This document shows positions 1 to 12,500 of a stretch of DNA of 64,000 nt, piece by piece (the first letter of the stretch is position 1; every line of letters begins with the position of its first letter). The DNA lies in NCBI GenBank assembly GCA_043228905.1, contig JBHGNT010000012.1, positions 1,116,001 through 1,180,000 of the forward strand, in the 5' to 3' direction. A program made the position numbers and the translations under genes. This DNA is from Azolla caroliniana (Eukaryota > Plantae > Polypodiophyta). The notes under the pieces were generated by a model that was not told the DNA's origin, did not search any database, and worked only from the letters and a program-made list of their open reading frames with translations.

Positions 1-249
1 ATAAGTTAATGTAATGGTAAGGTTGGGGTTTGTCAACGTGGAGGTGCAGAGTTCGAATCACGCCCTGCGTAGTAGTGAGTATTTCCTTTCTTTTACATTT
101 ATGTCTCTTTATCCGGCTCTTCCTTGCCGGTATGCCGTTTTCCTCCTTGCCGGTATGCCGTTTTCTTCCGGTTCTCACCGACTACTCCATTCTCTATCCG
201 GAGGGACAAAAATATAATTTCCACATAGTGTGCAACCTACACTACGACA
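1..249 (-). repeat. 3' LTR of element A (partial)
   Basis: Matches 6458-6729 apart from 2 substitutions and one 23-bp repeat unit; abuts the PPT (GGTTTGGAGGGGGCGAG on the minus strand). Confidence 0.95.
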
Positions 250-3200
250 CTCGCCCCCTCCAAACCCGCACATCCTCCGGTATGTGCCGAAGTTCTTGAT
301 TCTTCGTATCCGTCTTCATCCGAAGCTTCCTCCGATTCTCCCCTTATGTCGACTATGAGTTGTAATCCACTTTCTTCGCTTCCCGCATCATTGTGGTCTT
401 CGTCCGATTGCTCCTCGTTGTCGGCCTCGACTTGGATCACATAAGGTTTGTCGTCGGTCCGCTTCTTGAAAATCTTCACCCGCTTCCCGGCTATAGGCAC
501 TCGTAGTATTGTTCCATCCAACTCGGACAGTCGGTACGTCCCGTTGTCGAAGACCTTCCGAACCTCGTACGGCCCGAACCACCTTTTCGCGAATTTCCGC
601 ATCGTTGTATGTTGATGGTCCAAGCTACTATCATAGACGATCACCCAATCTCCTTCTTCAATCCTCCTCGGTCGTAGTCGGTGCTTTGTGTCGAACCGGC
701 TTTTGTTCCGGAACCGTGCTTCTTGTTGTCGACGTGACGCTTCCGCTACATCTTTCGGTCTTCCCTCCAGTTGTCGTATCCGGACCGCTAGTAGTTCTTC
801 CCGGCTCATCTCCTCCTTCCACGGTAGTATTGTCCATGTCGCGATTGCGGTTTCCGTTGGCATTACCGGTGCTTGTCCGGTCATGAGTTCTGCCGACATG
901 TAACCGGTCACGGAGCTATGCGTCGTCCGATCCGCCCATAGTGCATACGGAAGCATTTGTGGCCAATCCTTCACCCTTCCGTCGCATGCCTTCGCAAGTG
1001 CTTTCACGATCGGACTATGTCCTCGTTCGATCTTCCCGTTGGCCTTCGGATTGTAGGCCGTTGTCAACGTTAACCGAACTCCATGTTTGGCGAAGAATCC
1101 CCTAGCTTTGTCCGAGTCGAGTTCTCCCCGGTCCGCAATCACTTGTCCTACGCAGCCGTACCTACAAAACACTTCTTCCAAAAGAAATTGGCACACCGCG
1201 GCACACGTTTTCCTCCGAAGCGCTCGACCTTCAACTTGGTTTGTGAGATCTTCTCGAGCTAACACCAAGTATTTCTTTTGTCCAATCCCGGTCGGCATAG
1301 CTACAATGTCGACCATCCACTTGAAGTTGATTGTCGGTGAGAATGTCGGATGCAGCTCATCTCGGTGTCGGACCCCGGAGTAGACTTGACATTTCTCGCA
1401 GCTTTCTGTGAACTCCGCGACATCTTTATACATGTTCTTCCACCAATATCTTTGCTTGATTTTCACAAAAGTTGCCCATGTTCCTCGATGTCCAGCCCAA
1501 TCGGATTCGTGGAACTCGGACATTATCCGGTTTCGTTGCTCTTTCGTCCCGACTACTCGAAGTGGTATCCCATCCGGTCTTTTCGGCGTCCTCCATATTA
1601 AACCGTTTTCCAAGAAGAACTTTTGGACTTGCCTCTTCTTCCTTCGGATCTCGGCTCTCCTTTCTTTATCATTGGTTGAATCCTCGACCTCTTGTAGCAT
1701 CTTCCCGATCATCAAGGTTTCCCCCTCGTATTCTTCTTCCCGGAATTCTCGGATCACGTTCACTCGGCATATGTGTTCTGACGTGAAGTAGTCTTCGGAA
1801 ACTTCTTCATTATCTGATTCGGTTATGTCGTCTTCAAACTGCGCCCTCGATAACATGTCCGCTACCGCGTTGTCCTTCCCCGAGATGTGTCGAACCTCCG
1901 GATTAAGTGACTTGACATATGCAATCCACCTTAGCATAGCCACATCCGGTATCGTACAACACCGCATCATCCCGAGTATCGGAAGACAATCCGTCTCGAT
2001 CACCACTTCAGCTCCGATCAAATAATCCCGATCCGATTTTATCGCCGACACGACTCCCCACAATTCTCTTTTGACTTGTGCATATCCGCGTTGCCTTTCG
2101 TTGAGGACCTTTGCTCCAAATCGGATCGGATACCGCGAACCATCCGAGTCGGCTTGATTGATGACCCACCCGATACCGGTTGGACTTGTATCAACCGTTA
2201 CTATGATTGGCCGCTCGTAGCTTGGCTTCTTAAGTGATTCCGCCCTCCATAGTGTCTTCTTGAGCTTCCTCATGGCTTTAGTGTGTTCCGGTTTCCACTT
2301 GAATTTCTTACCTTTCCGCAACAAGTGATAGAGCGGGTCCGCTATATGTGCATAGTGCGGAATCCATATGTGATAGAATGCACACGCACCCAGAAACCTT
2401 CGGACTTCCGATGTTGACTCACATACTTCCTTCATAGCTTGAATCGCGTCGATCTTTGTTGGCGACGGTCTTCGGCCGTAGGGTCCACATAGATGTCCGA
2501 CCACCAATATTTCTTCTTGCCCGAATGCCGATTTCTCCCCGGAAAGTGTTAGGTGCACATCTTCTAGCTTTCGCAACACTTTCTCGCAATCATGAATATG
2601 GTCGACCACGAACTTTCGGCATCCCCGATCATCCATAGTCTCATCTTTTTCTTCCATCGCGCATCCTTTCATCGGAATGTCATCTAGAAACGGCATCGTT
2701 ATCTCCGGGATGCAATCTCGAAGCACCTTGTTCATCGCGTTCATCATATGTGCAACCGAGTTTGTCGCTCCTTGTGGTAGTGTGCACATTCGAACTAGTC
2801 CTATCGGTGTCCGCATGGTAGTGATGTCTCGGCTCTCCACGGCTAGTTGGAATTGGTCATACCCCGAGTATAGGTCCCCGATGGAGTATATCGCACGTCC
2901 GGCAAAAGCTTCCGCGAATTCGTCCACTATCGGACCGACTCCCGAGTTCCGGATCGTGACCTTGTTCACCGGTTGCAAGTCTTGGATGAATCGGAGTGAC
3001 CCATTCTTCTTCGGAACCGTAAACCATCGATTTGAGTACGGAGCACTTGATGGCTCTAGAATCCCCATCGCCACCTTCTCCTTGAGCAAGTCGATGACTT
3101 TCGGAATATGCGCCCGTGGCACCGGAATCGGCTTCAGGTTCCACGGTACATGATCAATCGTGAAAATCACCATCGGCTCCACTATCTTTGGATCAATGCA

Positions 3201-3848
3201 TCCGATCTCCCTCGACGTGAACGCGAATGCTTTGCCATGTTGCTCCAACATCTCTCGAAACCGTTTTTCTTCTTCTTGTAAGAGGAACCCACCTCCACCG
3301 ATCCGAAGTTTCTTCCGGGTCTCATCTGTGAAGGCATGTCCGATATCCACGGACTTCCGAAGTGTCGGATCTCCCGAGACTTCTTTCTTCTTTTGTTCGC
3401 TATCGGCGGGTAGTGGTCCCGCGGCCGGTTTCACCTTCTTCTCCACGGTCTTGTATTTCGTACTTACCATTGCTTCTTCTTTGCGGAGCGCATCCGGCCC
3501 CATTTTCGCAACGATCTCGTACATCTCGACCGATTCCACCGGGACTACCCGGTTCCCTTGGCTTTTATCTTCCGCAAGCTCTTCAAGCCGTTGTAGTGTA
3601 TTCCCATAGAACACTTCCTCGATCACTCCCACGATTTCTTCGTCTTCTTTTATTATTGATGCCGACCGTAACTTATCCTCCACTTGTCGGTATTGTTTCT
3701 TCATTCCTCCGGTTACGGCCGTGTACGTAGATGCCCCATCCGGGCCGATTCGTACTTGTTTTGCTCAGAGAGTTTTCTTCCTGTGTGGGGTATCAGGGCT
3801 TCTCGGACTATCACTTCCCCACTCCGCAACAGTCCGCTTTAAAAATCC
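237..3848 (-). CDS. pol: Element A pol (RT-RNase H-integrase), in the -1 frame relative to gag-PR; one in-frame TGA at 3765-3767 in the linker
   Basis: The 1155-aa ORF 237-3704 has RT motifs (RFIQDLQPVN, DLYSGYDQ, LPQG, FLDD), RNase H (VDTS, ETDC), integrase HHCC (H..GHRG..CEKC) and a GPY motif. The frame is open back to the slippery site except for one TGA. Confidence 0.9.
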
Positions 3849-5878
3849 ATTCTCACTTGGGACAAGAGTTCCCTCTTGTTCCTTTCGTGATTTGCCGGCA
3901 CCGTTAGGAATTGGACGGATTTCCCCCCGTTTTGGCTCCGAATTCGCGCAAAAGCCGCACCACTATCGAGCACCTTCGTCTCCATCCGTGAAGCCGTGAT
4001 AAAGGGTTGGCCGAGGATGACAGAATGTGAAACCTCATCCTGCACAAAGAAATTTTGGTCAATTTCGACATCCCCGATCTTTACCGTCACATCCGGACAA
4101 GCCGCAAATAGGTCTTCTGTCGTTTTCGTGGCTGCCCGAATCTTCCATCCATGGTTGGTGTTTATAGGCCACTTCCCCTTTCGGTAGAACTCCTTGGACA
4201 TCAAGTTGATCTCCGATCCGTGATCAATCAATGCTAGCACGGGTTCTTTGATGTTGCCGATTCGGACCGGAGTCTCCGTAGTCGCACGTGCCCAGTGTGG
4301 CCTTGTATAGTGGGAGTTCGGAATTTCGCCTTCCACTTCGGTGTCGTTCATTGAAACGGTATTTGCATTCACCCTTGGAGCATTTTCCTCCGTACTTTGT
4401 CTCTTCCTTTTTACGAGATCCACGAGAAGATCGTGAAACTCCTTCTTCGCTATTCCGAGTAGTTCCCGCAGCGAAAAATCTACCCGGCTATCCAAGATTC
4501 TTTCCTCGAACACTCTTTTCAAGTCGGTTTGTTGTTCTATGTTCGAGGCGAGCTTGAATGCCGGAGTCGCCTTTTCTTTTCCCTTACCTCCGGAGTTCCA
4601 GCTTTCCGGTATCTTCGACGGTCCGGCCGCATCCTCTGTGCGCCGTCGTTTCTTGTCCACATACACCTCATGTAATTGACATAGGGCGTATATGCTATTC
4701 TTGTCGACAGGGCACTCCCATCCCGTAGCTTCCCGGACGCCTTCCGCGGTGTTTCGGATATCGTTGGAGTCAGTTTTCTCGGTGTTTCCTAGCACCTCCG
4801 GCCAGAAAGACGCCTTCGCTCCCGTTGACTCCCCGACACATATTCCCGCGGTTGTCGCATAGTTGCTTCTTGCCGCTAACTCCTCCTCGAGCACCTTCTT
4901 CATGCCGCCTTTCCGGAAGTTCGGTCGGAGTGGTTTCCGAGAGTCCATCGAATGAATCCGGTTTCCCTCGTAGTAGATGAGATCCCGTCGTAGCGCCTCC
5001 TTATGGTCGTCGCAATCCCTCCGATCGTGTTCGGCGCTATCGCACCATATGCACCGTCGATCTGTATATTTGGAGCTTGTGGGGCGGTCATCCGACTTCT
5101 TCACCATCGCGATCTTTAGATTCTCCATCTCCTTCAGCAGCTGCTCCACCGTAGACGCGTCGACTCCCTTCTCGGCCGTAATCTCCCGAGCCCTCGGTTG
5201 ATGGTCTTCCAGTCCCGTTCTCGGTTTCGGAATCGGTTCCGAAACCCTCTTTTCTTCGTTGGCAAGCCATTGCCCCCTCTTCGTGTACCGCGCGACGATA
5301 TCCCGCACGCTTTCCCATGTTTCGGTGAGGCCGCTTTCGGTGGTCGTGTCCTCAAGAAGCACTCCGAGATCTTTCCGGTCCCGGACGTCCACAGCTCGCA
5401 AAAACATGATGACTTTGTCTGGTGTAAGAATAGTTTGATCTCTCGCGGACAACCTCCCGAACCGACTTTCGAATGTCGAAAACACTTCGAGGACCTTCAG
5501 CCCCTTACCTGACGTTTCCACCCAATCCTCGAATCCCCTCCGCGTTGCCTTGGAGGAGTCCTCGATGGCAAACGTGGTCTTTAACGCCTCTTCGAATGCT
5601 TCCCACGTCGGATTTTGTTGTTGCAACCCGTGGATACTCCCTTGAAGCCCGTCGATCGCCACCCGGTTAAAGGATGTCACTTGCAGTCCTTCCGAAGCCC
5701 GGCACCGGAGCATCTCCGCCTTGTAGTCCTGCAAATATTGCGACACATCCTTACCATTAAATTGCCAGTTGCGTTGCACGAGCCGCTCTACTGATGCCGA
5801 AATCTCCGACATCGTGCGTTGTTCTTGAAGCATCCGTTCGAACATCGCCATCATATTGTTAGCTTGTTGAGCCTCCAT
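3839..5878 (-). CDS. gag: Element A Gag-protease ORF
   Basis: ATG at 5878 lies just after the PBS (the ORF track extends into the LTR). Zinc knuckle CIWCDSAEHDRRDC; aspartic protease ALIDHGSEINLM...ILGQPF. Confidence 0.9.
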   Translation of the reverse strand: MEAQQANNMMAMFERMLQEQRTMSEISASVERLVQRNWQFNGKDVSQYLQDYKAEMLRCRASEGLQVTSFNRVAIDGLQGSIHGLQQQNPTWEAFEEALKTTFAIEDSSKATRRGFEDWVETSGKGLKVLEVFSTFESRFGRLSARDQTILTPDKVIMFLRAVDVRDRKDLGVLLEDTTTESGLTETWESVRDIVARYTKRGQWLANEEKRVSEPIPKPRTGLEDHQPRAREITAEKGVDASTVEQLLKEMENLKIAMVKKSDDRPTSSKYTDRRCIWCDSAEHDRRDCDDHKEALRRDLIYYEGNRIHSMDSRKPLRPNFRKGGMKKVLEEELAARSNYATTAGICVGESTGAKASFWPEVLGNTEKTDSNDIRNTAEGVREATGWECPVDKNSIYALCQLHEVYVDKKRRRTEDAAGPSKIPESWNSGGKGKEKATPAFKLASNIEQQTDLKRVFEERILDSRVDFSLRELLGIAKKEFHDLLVDLVKRKRQSTEENAPRVNANTVSMNDTEVEGEIPNSHYTRPHWARATTETPVRIGNIKEPVLALIDHGSEINLMSKEFYRKGKWPINTNHGWKIRAATKTTEDLFAACPDVTVKIGDVEIDQNFFVQDEVSHSVILGQPFITASRMETKVLDSGAAFARIRSQNGGKSVQFLTVPANHERNKRELLSQVRMDF

Positions 5879-5894
5879 CTCCTTGCCACCCGTC

Positions 5895-5912
5895 TTCACG
5901 TCGGGTTCACCA
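5895..5912 (-). promoter_or_regulatory. Primer-binding site complementary to the 3' end of tRNA-Trp
   Basis: TGGTGAACCCGACGTGAA lies 4 nt from the LTR end and complements the plant tRNA-Trp 3' end (...TTCACGTCGGGTTCA-CCA, recalled from memory). Same PBS at 22731-22748 and 32576-32593. Confidence 0.8.
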
Positions 5913-5916
5913 ACTG

Positions 5917-6729
5917 TGTCGTGCCTTTCGGCTCCGGATCGTTGCGTGAGTCGGGTGGGAACCACAGAGGTCTTGGACTAGGAGAAAGAAGTTCGTGAGA
6001 TAGAGATTAATTATGAGTAAATAGCAAAGAGAAAGATAAGAAACTCGTGAATCACACGAGTATACTATATTAATTGGTACTTAGGGTGTTAAGAGAGAAG
6101 TAGATGTATAAATCGTGAATCCCACGAATAATTTTTGTATTGATTAATACTTAATCCAAATAATCAACAACCCTTTACATATTTCTCTCCTCCTTATATA
6201 AGGAAGGAAGAGCTAAGCATGGCTTCATGCTTTTTTTTTTACAAAAAGTGTTCATGTCCACTAAAATGTGCATGTGATGCTTTTTTATTTCCTAAGTATA
6301 GGGCTCATGCACGCTAGAGTGCATGAGTTATTTTTAGTGTCTCGTGTTTTTTTTTTCTCTTTTTCATATATTAAAAAAATACACAATTTACCTTTTAATA
6401 AAGGTATGCATAAATAAAGGTCTTATACATATTAAATCTATATTTAAAACACTTAAGATAAGTTAATGTAATGGTAAGGTTGTGGTTTGTCAACGTGGAG
6501 GTGCAGAGTTCGAATCACGCCCTGCGTAGTAGTGAGTATTTCCTTTCTTTTACATTTATGTCTCTTTATCCGGCTCTTCCTTGCCGGTATGCCGTTTTCT
6601 TCCTTGCCGGTATGCCGTTTTCCTCCTTGCCGGTATGCCGTTTTCTTCCGGTTCTCACCAACTACTCCATTCTCTATCCGGAGGGACAAAAATATAATTT
6701 CCACATAGTGTGCAACCTACACTACGACA
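5917..6729 (-). repeat. 5' LTR of element A (813 bp)
   Basis: TGTCGT/ACGACA terminal inverted repeat, TATA-like motif at ~6193-6200, adjacent PBS. Confidence 0.93.
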
Positions 6730-7812
6730 ACGTGAAGAATGCATTTCTTCAAGGTGACCTTGAAGAACGAGCCTATATGATCCAACCTCCCGGTTTTCAG
6801 TCGGAGATGAACAAGTCGGCGGTGTGGCGGCTTAAGAAGTCACTTTACGGTATGAAACAAGCCCCCCGAGCTTGGAATTCGAAGATTACGCACCGGTTGC
6901 GTAAGATGGGGTTTGTGACCTCTAAATCCGAATCATCGTTGTTCATCCGACAAGGTTCGAACGGTCTGGTTTGCATCTTGCTTTATATAGATGATTTGGT
7001 CATCATCGGACCCAGACTCAATGAAATCGGCCGAGTAAAGTCCCAGTTATCAAACGCATTTGAAATGAAGGACCGGGGGACCTTCATTATTTTCTTGGGA
7101 TCGAGGTGATCCGAATCGCCAACGACATATTACTCTCACAACGACACTATGTGTTGAATATGTTGTACAAGTTCGGCATGACGGAATGCCGACCTGTCTC
7201 CACACCCCTAGAGCGGAACCATAAGCTTTGTCCCAACTCCGGACCGACCTGCGATGAGAAACAGTTCCGAAAAATCGTCGGAAGCCTCATATACCTGACA
7301 ATCACTCGACCGGACCTCATAGTGCGCACACCGGATACTCTGGTATGTTAGCGGCACAAAGGATTGGGGACTGTTATACCGACATGGTATAGCTGGGAAG
7401 CTAATCAGATATACCGATGTCGAGTGGGCTGTTGATGCATCGGATCGCCGATCCACCTCCGGTTACATGTTTTCTCTAGGTAGCGTGATTGTTGCGTGGA
7501 GAAGCAAAAAGCAGCCAACAGTGGCTCTGTCGAGCACCAGGGCATTACTAATGCCACCTGTGAAGCCATCTGGCTTCGGTGACTGCTCCAAGACCTGTGG
7601 ATTGAGGTACCGACCCCGATCCTGATCTACTGTGACAACATGAGCAACATTCAGCTCGCTAAGAGCCCCGTGTTCCATGCTTAGACAAAGCACTTCATGC
7701 GTGAGCGGGTTTTGAGCGGTGAAGTTGAACTTCAGTATGTTCAGACGGATCAGCAAGTTTCCGATATCTTCACCAAACCGCTCAGATTGGACAAGTTGCA
7801 GCACTTCACCGA

Positions 7813-8808
7813 TGTCGTGAAGATTTTCGGCAATAGTGTGAAAATCCCATAAAACATACAAAATCGAGTATGAATCATGTAATACAATAATTGTGAAGAT
7901 AACATTTTTAATATCTAAGTACAAAATGATGGAGGTTTTGAATGCACTTTATTACACGAGAAATGGACAACTAAATGTCAAGATATGAGGGTATAAAGTT
8001 TGTGAAAAGAAAAGAGAAAATTGTGAGGTATCCCACATAGGCACGACAAATACGGCTCTCATCATATATAAGGTGGAGCAAAAGATATTATCTTTGTGTC
8101 TATGTGTGAAGCATAGAGAGTTCAAGGTAACTTGAACTTAGAGTGGAGGTGGCTAGCTACTCAAAAAGGGTTTTGGCCAACCAAAACTGGACCGGCGATG
8201 GAGCCGGTGATCCGACGGCATCCGACGGCAATCCGGCGGCGGCACCAGTATCCGGCGTCGGTATCCGGCGACGGTATCCGGCGAACCGGCGACTAGATAA
8301 AATAAATATATAAAAATATATACATATTTACATATACAAGGAGGGCAAGTATGGATTCAAACCTTGCACCTCCAAGTTAGGAGTCAAATGGCTTACCATT
8401 AAGCCATAGTATTTAGTTGAAATTATATTTCTATCATTGTACTTTTACATGTAAATTCTCATCCATGAGTGCTAAAATGAGTGACATGGTTAGCATGCAC
8501 CACATGTAATACTTAAGCGCCAAATGGCAAACATGCAATTTATGCATGTCTTGTACCCTCACATGCATCATATGCATGAGAGCATCTATAAAAGAGGGAA
8601 GGGGGAGGAGAAAAACACGGTTTTTTTTTTATGAAAATTAAGAGGAAGAAATTCGTTATCAAATTGATCGTGTAATCTCAACTTCTCTCTTTCCCAATCT
8701 ATCTTAAGTACTTTCTCGCCAAAGCTTGTATCGACTCTAAATCCTTCTAGTCCAGAACCCCGGCGGTTCCGCCTCATGATCTGCGCGTAGTGACGGATCT
8801 TCACGACA
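7813..8808 (+). mobile_element. S1: solo LTR of the Trp-primed group (996 bp)
   Basis: 12-bp perfect terminal inverted repeat TGTCGTGAAGAT/ATCTTCACGACA, 4-bp TSD CCGA, TATA at ~8587, U5 motif CTAGTCCAGAACC. Removing it restores the copia frame HFTEMLGVQHLD. Confidence 0.9.
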
Positions 8809-8901
8809 CCGAAATGCTTGGTGTTCAGCATCTCGACGTGCCGCACTTGAGGGGGAGAAAAGGATGTTAGGAAATAGGTCCCTCTAGATGGGAAGTGAGA
8901 A

Positions 8902-9061
8902 CCGGATGTGGCGTACCCGACAACGGAAGACCCGGTGAGAATTGGATGTGGCGTACCCGGCAAAGGAAGACCCGGTGAGAACCGGATGTGGCGTACTCGG
9001 CAACGGAAGACCCGGTGAGGACCGGATGTGGCGTACCCGGCAATGGAAGACCCGGTGAGAA
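8902..9061 (+). repeat. 40-bp tandem repeat in B2 U3 (4 copies here, 2 in the 3' LTR at ~13580-13659)
   Basis: Unit CCGGATGTGGCGTACCCGGCAACGGAAGACCCGGTGAGAA. Confidence 0.9.
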
Positions 9062-9567
9062 CCGGGTGTTGCAGGCCCGGTGAGAACCTCTCATCGGATG
9101 GAAGGGACATATATGTAAATATGTTCCAGAGAGCCCATTGGGGCTATATTTGTAAATAGCCCGAAAGTCATATCAGTATAAATATGACCTAGGGCAAAAA
9201 TGATGAGTGTTGTTGGTGTAACCTCTGTTCAGTGCGTAAGAGAGAGAGAGAGCAACATACAGAGAGCGTGTCTCTGTTGTAACCGCCGCGAGGTGAAAAT
9301 TGTGAGCAAGAGGTCGTTGCCTCTGTGCTCCCTATTGTATTACTTTACATAGTGATAGTTTGGAGTCTGTGGACTCCCGTGGTTTTTCCCTCTCAGGGTT
9401 TTCCACGTTAATATTCTGTGTATTCTCTTTTGTTTGTTCGTGCACTTACCTCCATTCCCATTTCTTCTATGTTCGATTGTATCAAGTGATTTTCCCTTCG
9501 GTTGTTGCCGGAGATTATTCCGCGTATTTCACGACAAAGTGGTATCAGAGCGAAACGACACAGAAAA

Positions 9568-12500
9568 ATGGACGATTCGTTGGGAGGGAATTACTCAGTG
9601 TGGAAGTCGAAGATGAGGGACATGCTCGTGGTTAAAGATCTTTGGTTGCCGGTTCAGTTCAGGGACAAGAGACCGGACAAAATCGATGCCACGATATGGG
9701 AGGTGATGCACATGAAGACAACGACGTACATACGGTGCTTCATTGACATGTGTCTATACAACAACTTCAATGAAGAGAGCAAGGCTCATGAGCTTTGGGA
9801 GAAGATCGACATTATGTTTCAGAACAAAAATGTTGTTAATCAGGTTTCGGTATTTCGGAAGCTAGTAAGACTCCGATACCAAGATGGCTCCAGCATGGCG
9901 GAGCACACGAATGCCTTCTAGGGGCTGATTCACCAAGCAACATCATTGGAAGTACCTCTCTCTGATGAGGTACTAGCACTACTTCTGCTCGGTTCCCTCC
10001 CAGATAGCTGGGAGACGTTGGTTGTCACTTTGGGCAACGCCGGGCTGGAAGGGAAACGGTTATCCCTAGCAAGAGTGAAGTCGAGCTTGCTAGATGAAGA
10101 GGCGCGTTGGAAAGATAAGGATACGAGCTCCGACTCCAAAGCGCTCCTTACCGAATTGGAACGCGGAAGACAAAGGAACCGTAGTCCCTAGAACCGGGAG
10201 AAGTTGGGGACACGGTCAAAGTCAAGGGGGAGGCCTACTTGCTTCTATTGCGGCAAGCCGGGACACTTCCAAAAGAATTGTCGGCATTTCCGAAAAGACA
10301 AGGAAATCGATGGTACCGATTTGAAGCGGACACCGGACCGGAACGGTAAAGACCGGAGGGGGCCGGACCGGAATGGAACGACGACAATCGCGGCAAGTGA
10401 AGAAGAGTTGATGCTCATCACCGAGGAGAGCGAGCTAAACCTTGCCGGCGACGAGATGACCTGGGTGATCGATTCCGGAGCGTCGTTCCACCTTACCCCA
10501 GACCGGAAATGCTTCTCATCCTACTCAGCCGGTGATCACGGCTGTGTCCGGATGGGGAATGAAGGTACATGCCGAATTGTCAACATAGGAGACGTGTGGT
10601 TGACAACCCCAACCGGATGCAAGCTGTTGTTGAAGGATGTCTGACACGTTCCGGAGGTTCGACTGAACCTGATATCAGCCGGTCGGCTAGATGATGAAGG
10701 CTACACGGGTAGCATTCGGAACGGAGTCATGAAATTCAGCAAAGGGAGCCTGATAGTGGCTCGGGCCCGGAAGGTTAACACGTTGTACCTGATGAATGCC
10801 CGATTATTCTTGGAAGAAGTGAACATGGCTTCCGACACTGCCGGTGAGCAGTGGCACAAGAGGTTGTGTCACATGAGTGAGAAGGGGATGAAGAGGCTTG
10901 CAGACGACAACCTCATTCCAGTGAAGAATGTGCACTTGGAGAAGTGCACTGATTGTCTGGCCGGTAAGCAAAACCGGACCTCCTTCCGACCAAGGCCACC
11001 GATGAGACGTAATGCACCACTGGAGTTGGTGCATACTGATGTGTGTCAAGTGGACACGAAGTCACATGCCAGATCGTAGTACTTCGTGACGTTCATAGAT
11101 GACCATAGCCGAAAGCTGTGGGCCACACCGTTGAAGACGAAGGATCTGGTGCTATCCGTCTTCAAAGAGCTCCACGCGAGAGTGGAAAGAGAAACCGGCC
11201 GGAAGCTAAAGGCGGTTCGAGCAGATAACAGGGGTGAATACCGGGGCAGTTTGAGGAGTACTGTCGCTCGAAGGGAATCCGGCTCGAATTTACCATGCCG
11301 AAGACGCCGAAACTAAACGGGCTGGCCGAGAGGATGAACTGGACCATAATGGGGAGTGTTCGGAGTATGCTGGCGCATGCAATATTACCCAAGACGTTTT
11401 GGGCTGAGGCGTTGTCGACAACGACGTATGTGATAAACAGATCACCCTCAGTGCCCTTGGATGGAGACACACCGCAGAAGGTGTGGACCGGTAAGGAAGT
11501 CTCCTACCGACATCTGAAGGTGTTCGGGTGTCTCACGTACGTGCATGTTGCTAAGGACCGGAGAGGAAAGTTGGATCCCAAGACCCGACCATGCATATTC
11601 CTCGGATATGACGATGATGAGTTCGGCTACCAAGTGTGGGATCCGGTTGACAAGAAGGCTTTCCGGAGCCGAGATATTATCTTCATGGAGGACAAGACTC
11701 TTGCCGACTGGGAGTCGGAGAAGAAGATAATGAACTCCGATGAGATTCGGACACACCCGGCTAAGAGCCAATTGACACTCGAGGAACCAGCCAGTTACGG
11801 TGAGGATACCGAACCGACAGAAGAAGAAGTAGAGGAAGTTGAAATCGGAACTGGCCAAGACCCCGAATCGGATTCGGATGAAGACCAAATAATGGAGCCG
11901 GCTTCTGAAGGCCAAAGACGGAGATATCCTCTCAAAGAGAGAAGGCCCCCCTAGAGATTTCCGGATGTAGAGCATGTGCTGCTGACTGATGAGGGAGAGC
12001 CGGAAAGCTTCGAAGAAGCGAAGGATGACACCCACAACCGCAAATGGTTAAGTGCCATGCAGGATGAGATGGATTCCCCGCATGAGAACCATACGTATGA
12101 ATTGGTGGAGTTGCCGAAAGAAAAGCGGGCACTCCGAAATAAGTGGGTGTACAAGTTGAAACCGGGAGATGCCGACAACTCCCCGAGATACAAAGCCAGG
12201 ATCGTGGTGAAGGGGTTCCAGCAAAAGAAGGGCATGGACATCGATGAGATATTTGCCCCGGTACTAAAGATGACCTCCATTCGGACGGTGTTGAGTATAG
12301 CGGCAAGCATGGACCTCGAGGTAGAGCAGATGGACGTGAAGACGACATTCCTTAACGGTGACCTCGAAGAGGAGATCTACATGCAGCAACCGGAAGGATT
12401 CGTGGAGAAAGGGAAGGAGCACTTGGTTTGCCGGTTGAAGAAGAGCCTGTACGGACTGAAGCAAGCTCCCCGACAATGGTACTGGAAGTTCGACTCCTTC

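Larger units (their letters stand above)
1..6729 (-). mobile_element. Element A: near-intact Ty3/gypsy LTR retrotransposon of the tRNA-Trp-primed group; 3' LTR cut by the window edge
   Basis: LTR 5917-6729 (TGTCGT...ACGACA) matches 1-249. PBS at 5895-5912, PPT at 250-266, and gag-PR plus RT-RH-INT ORFs in Ty3 order. Inserted into a copia RT at ACGT (6730-6733). Confidence 0.95.

Noticed and set aside
6464-6520. Functional tRNA genes at the A/B-box modules (also ~8354-8406, 36865-36918, 41263-41315)
   Set aside because: No acceptor or anticodon stems can be formed; only promoter-like boxes remain, so they are reported as a finding rather than as tRNAs.
6471-7109. 212-aa ORF and similar hybrid ORFs (14036-14518, 32514-33308, 57347-57676)
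   Set aside because: Chance read-through across insertion or deletion junctions, not genes.
8902-9061. CRISPR-like array (also the 120-bp and 60-bp arrays)
   Set aside because: Head-to-tail repeats without unique spacers, inside eukaryotic retrotransposons, with no cas genes.
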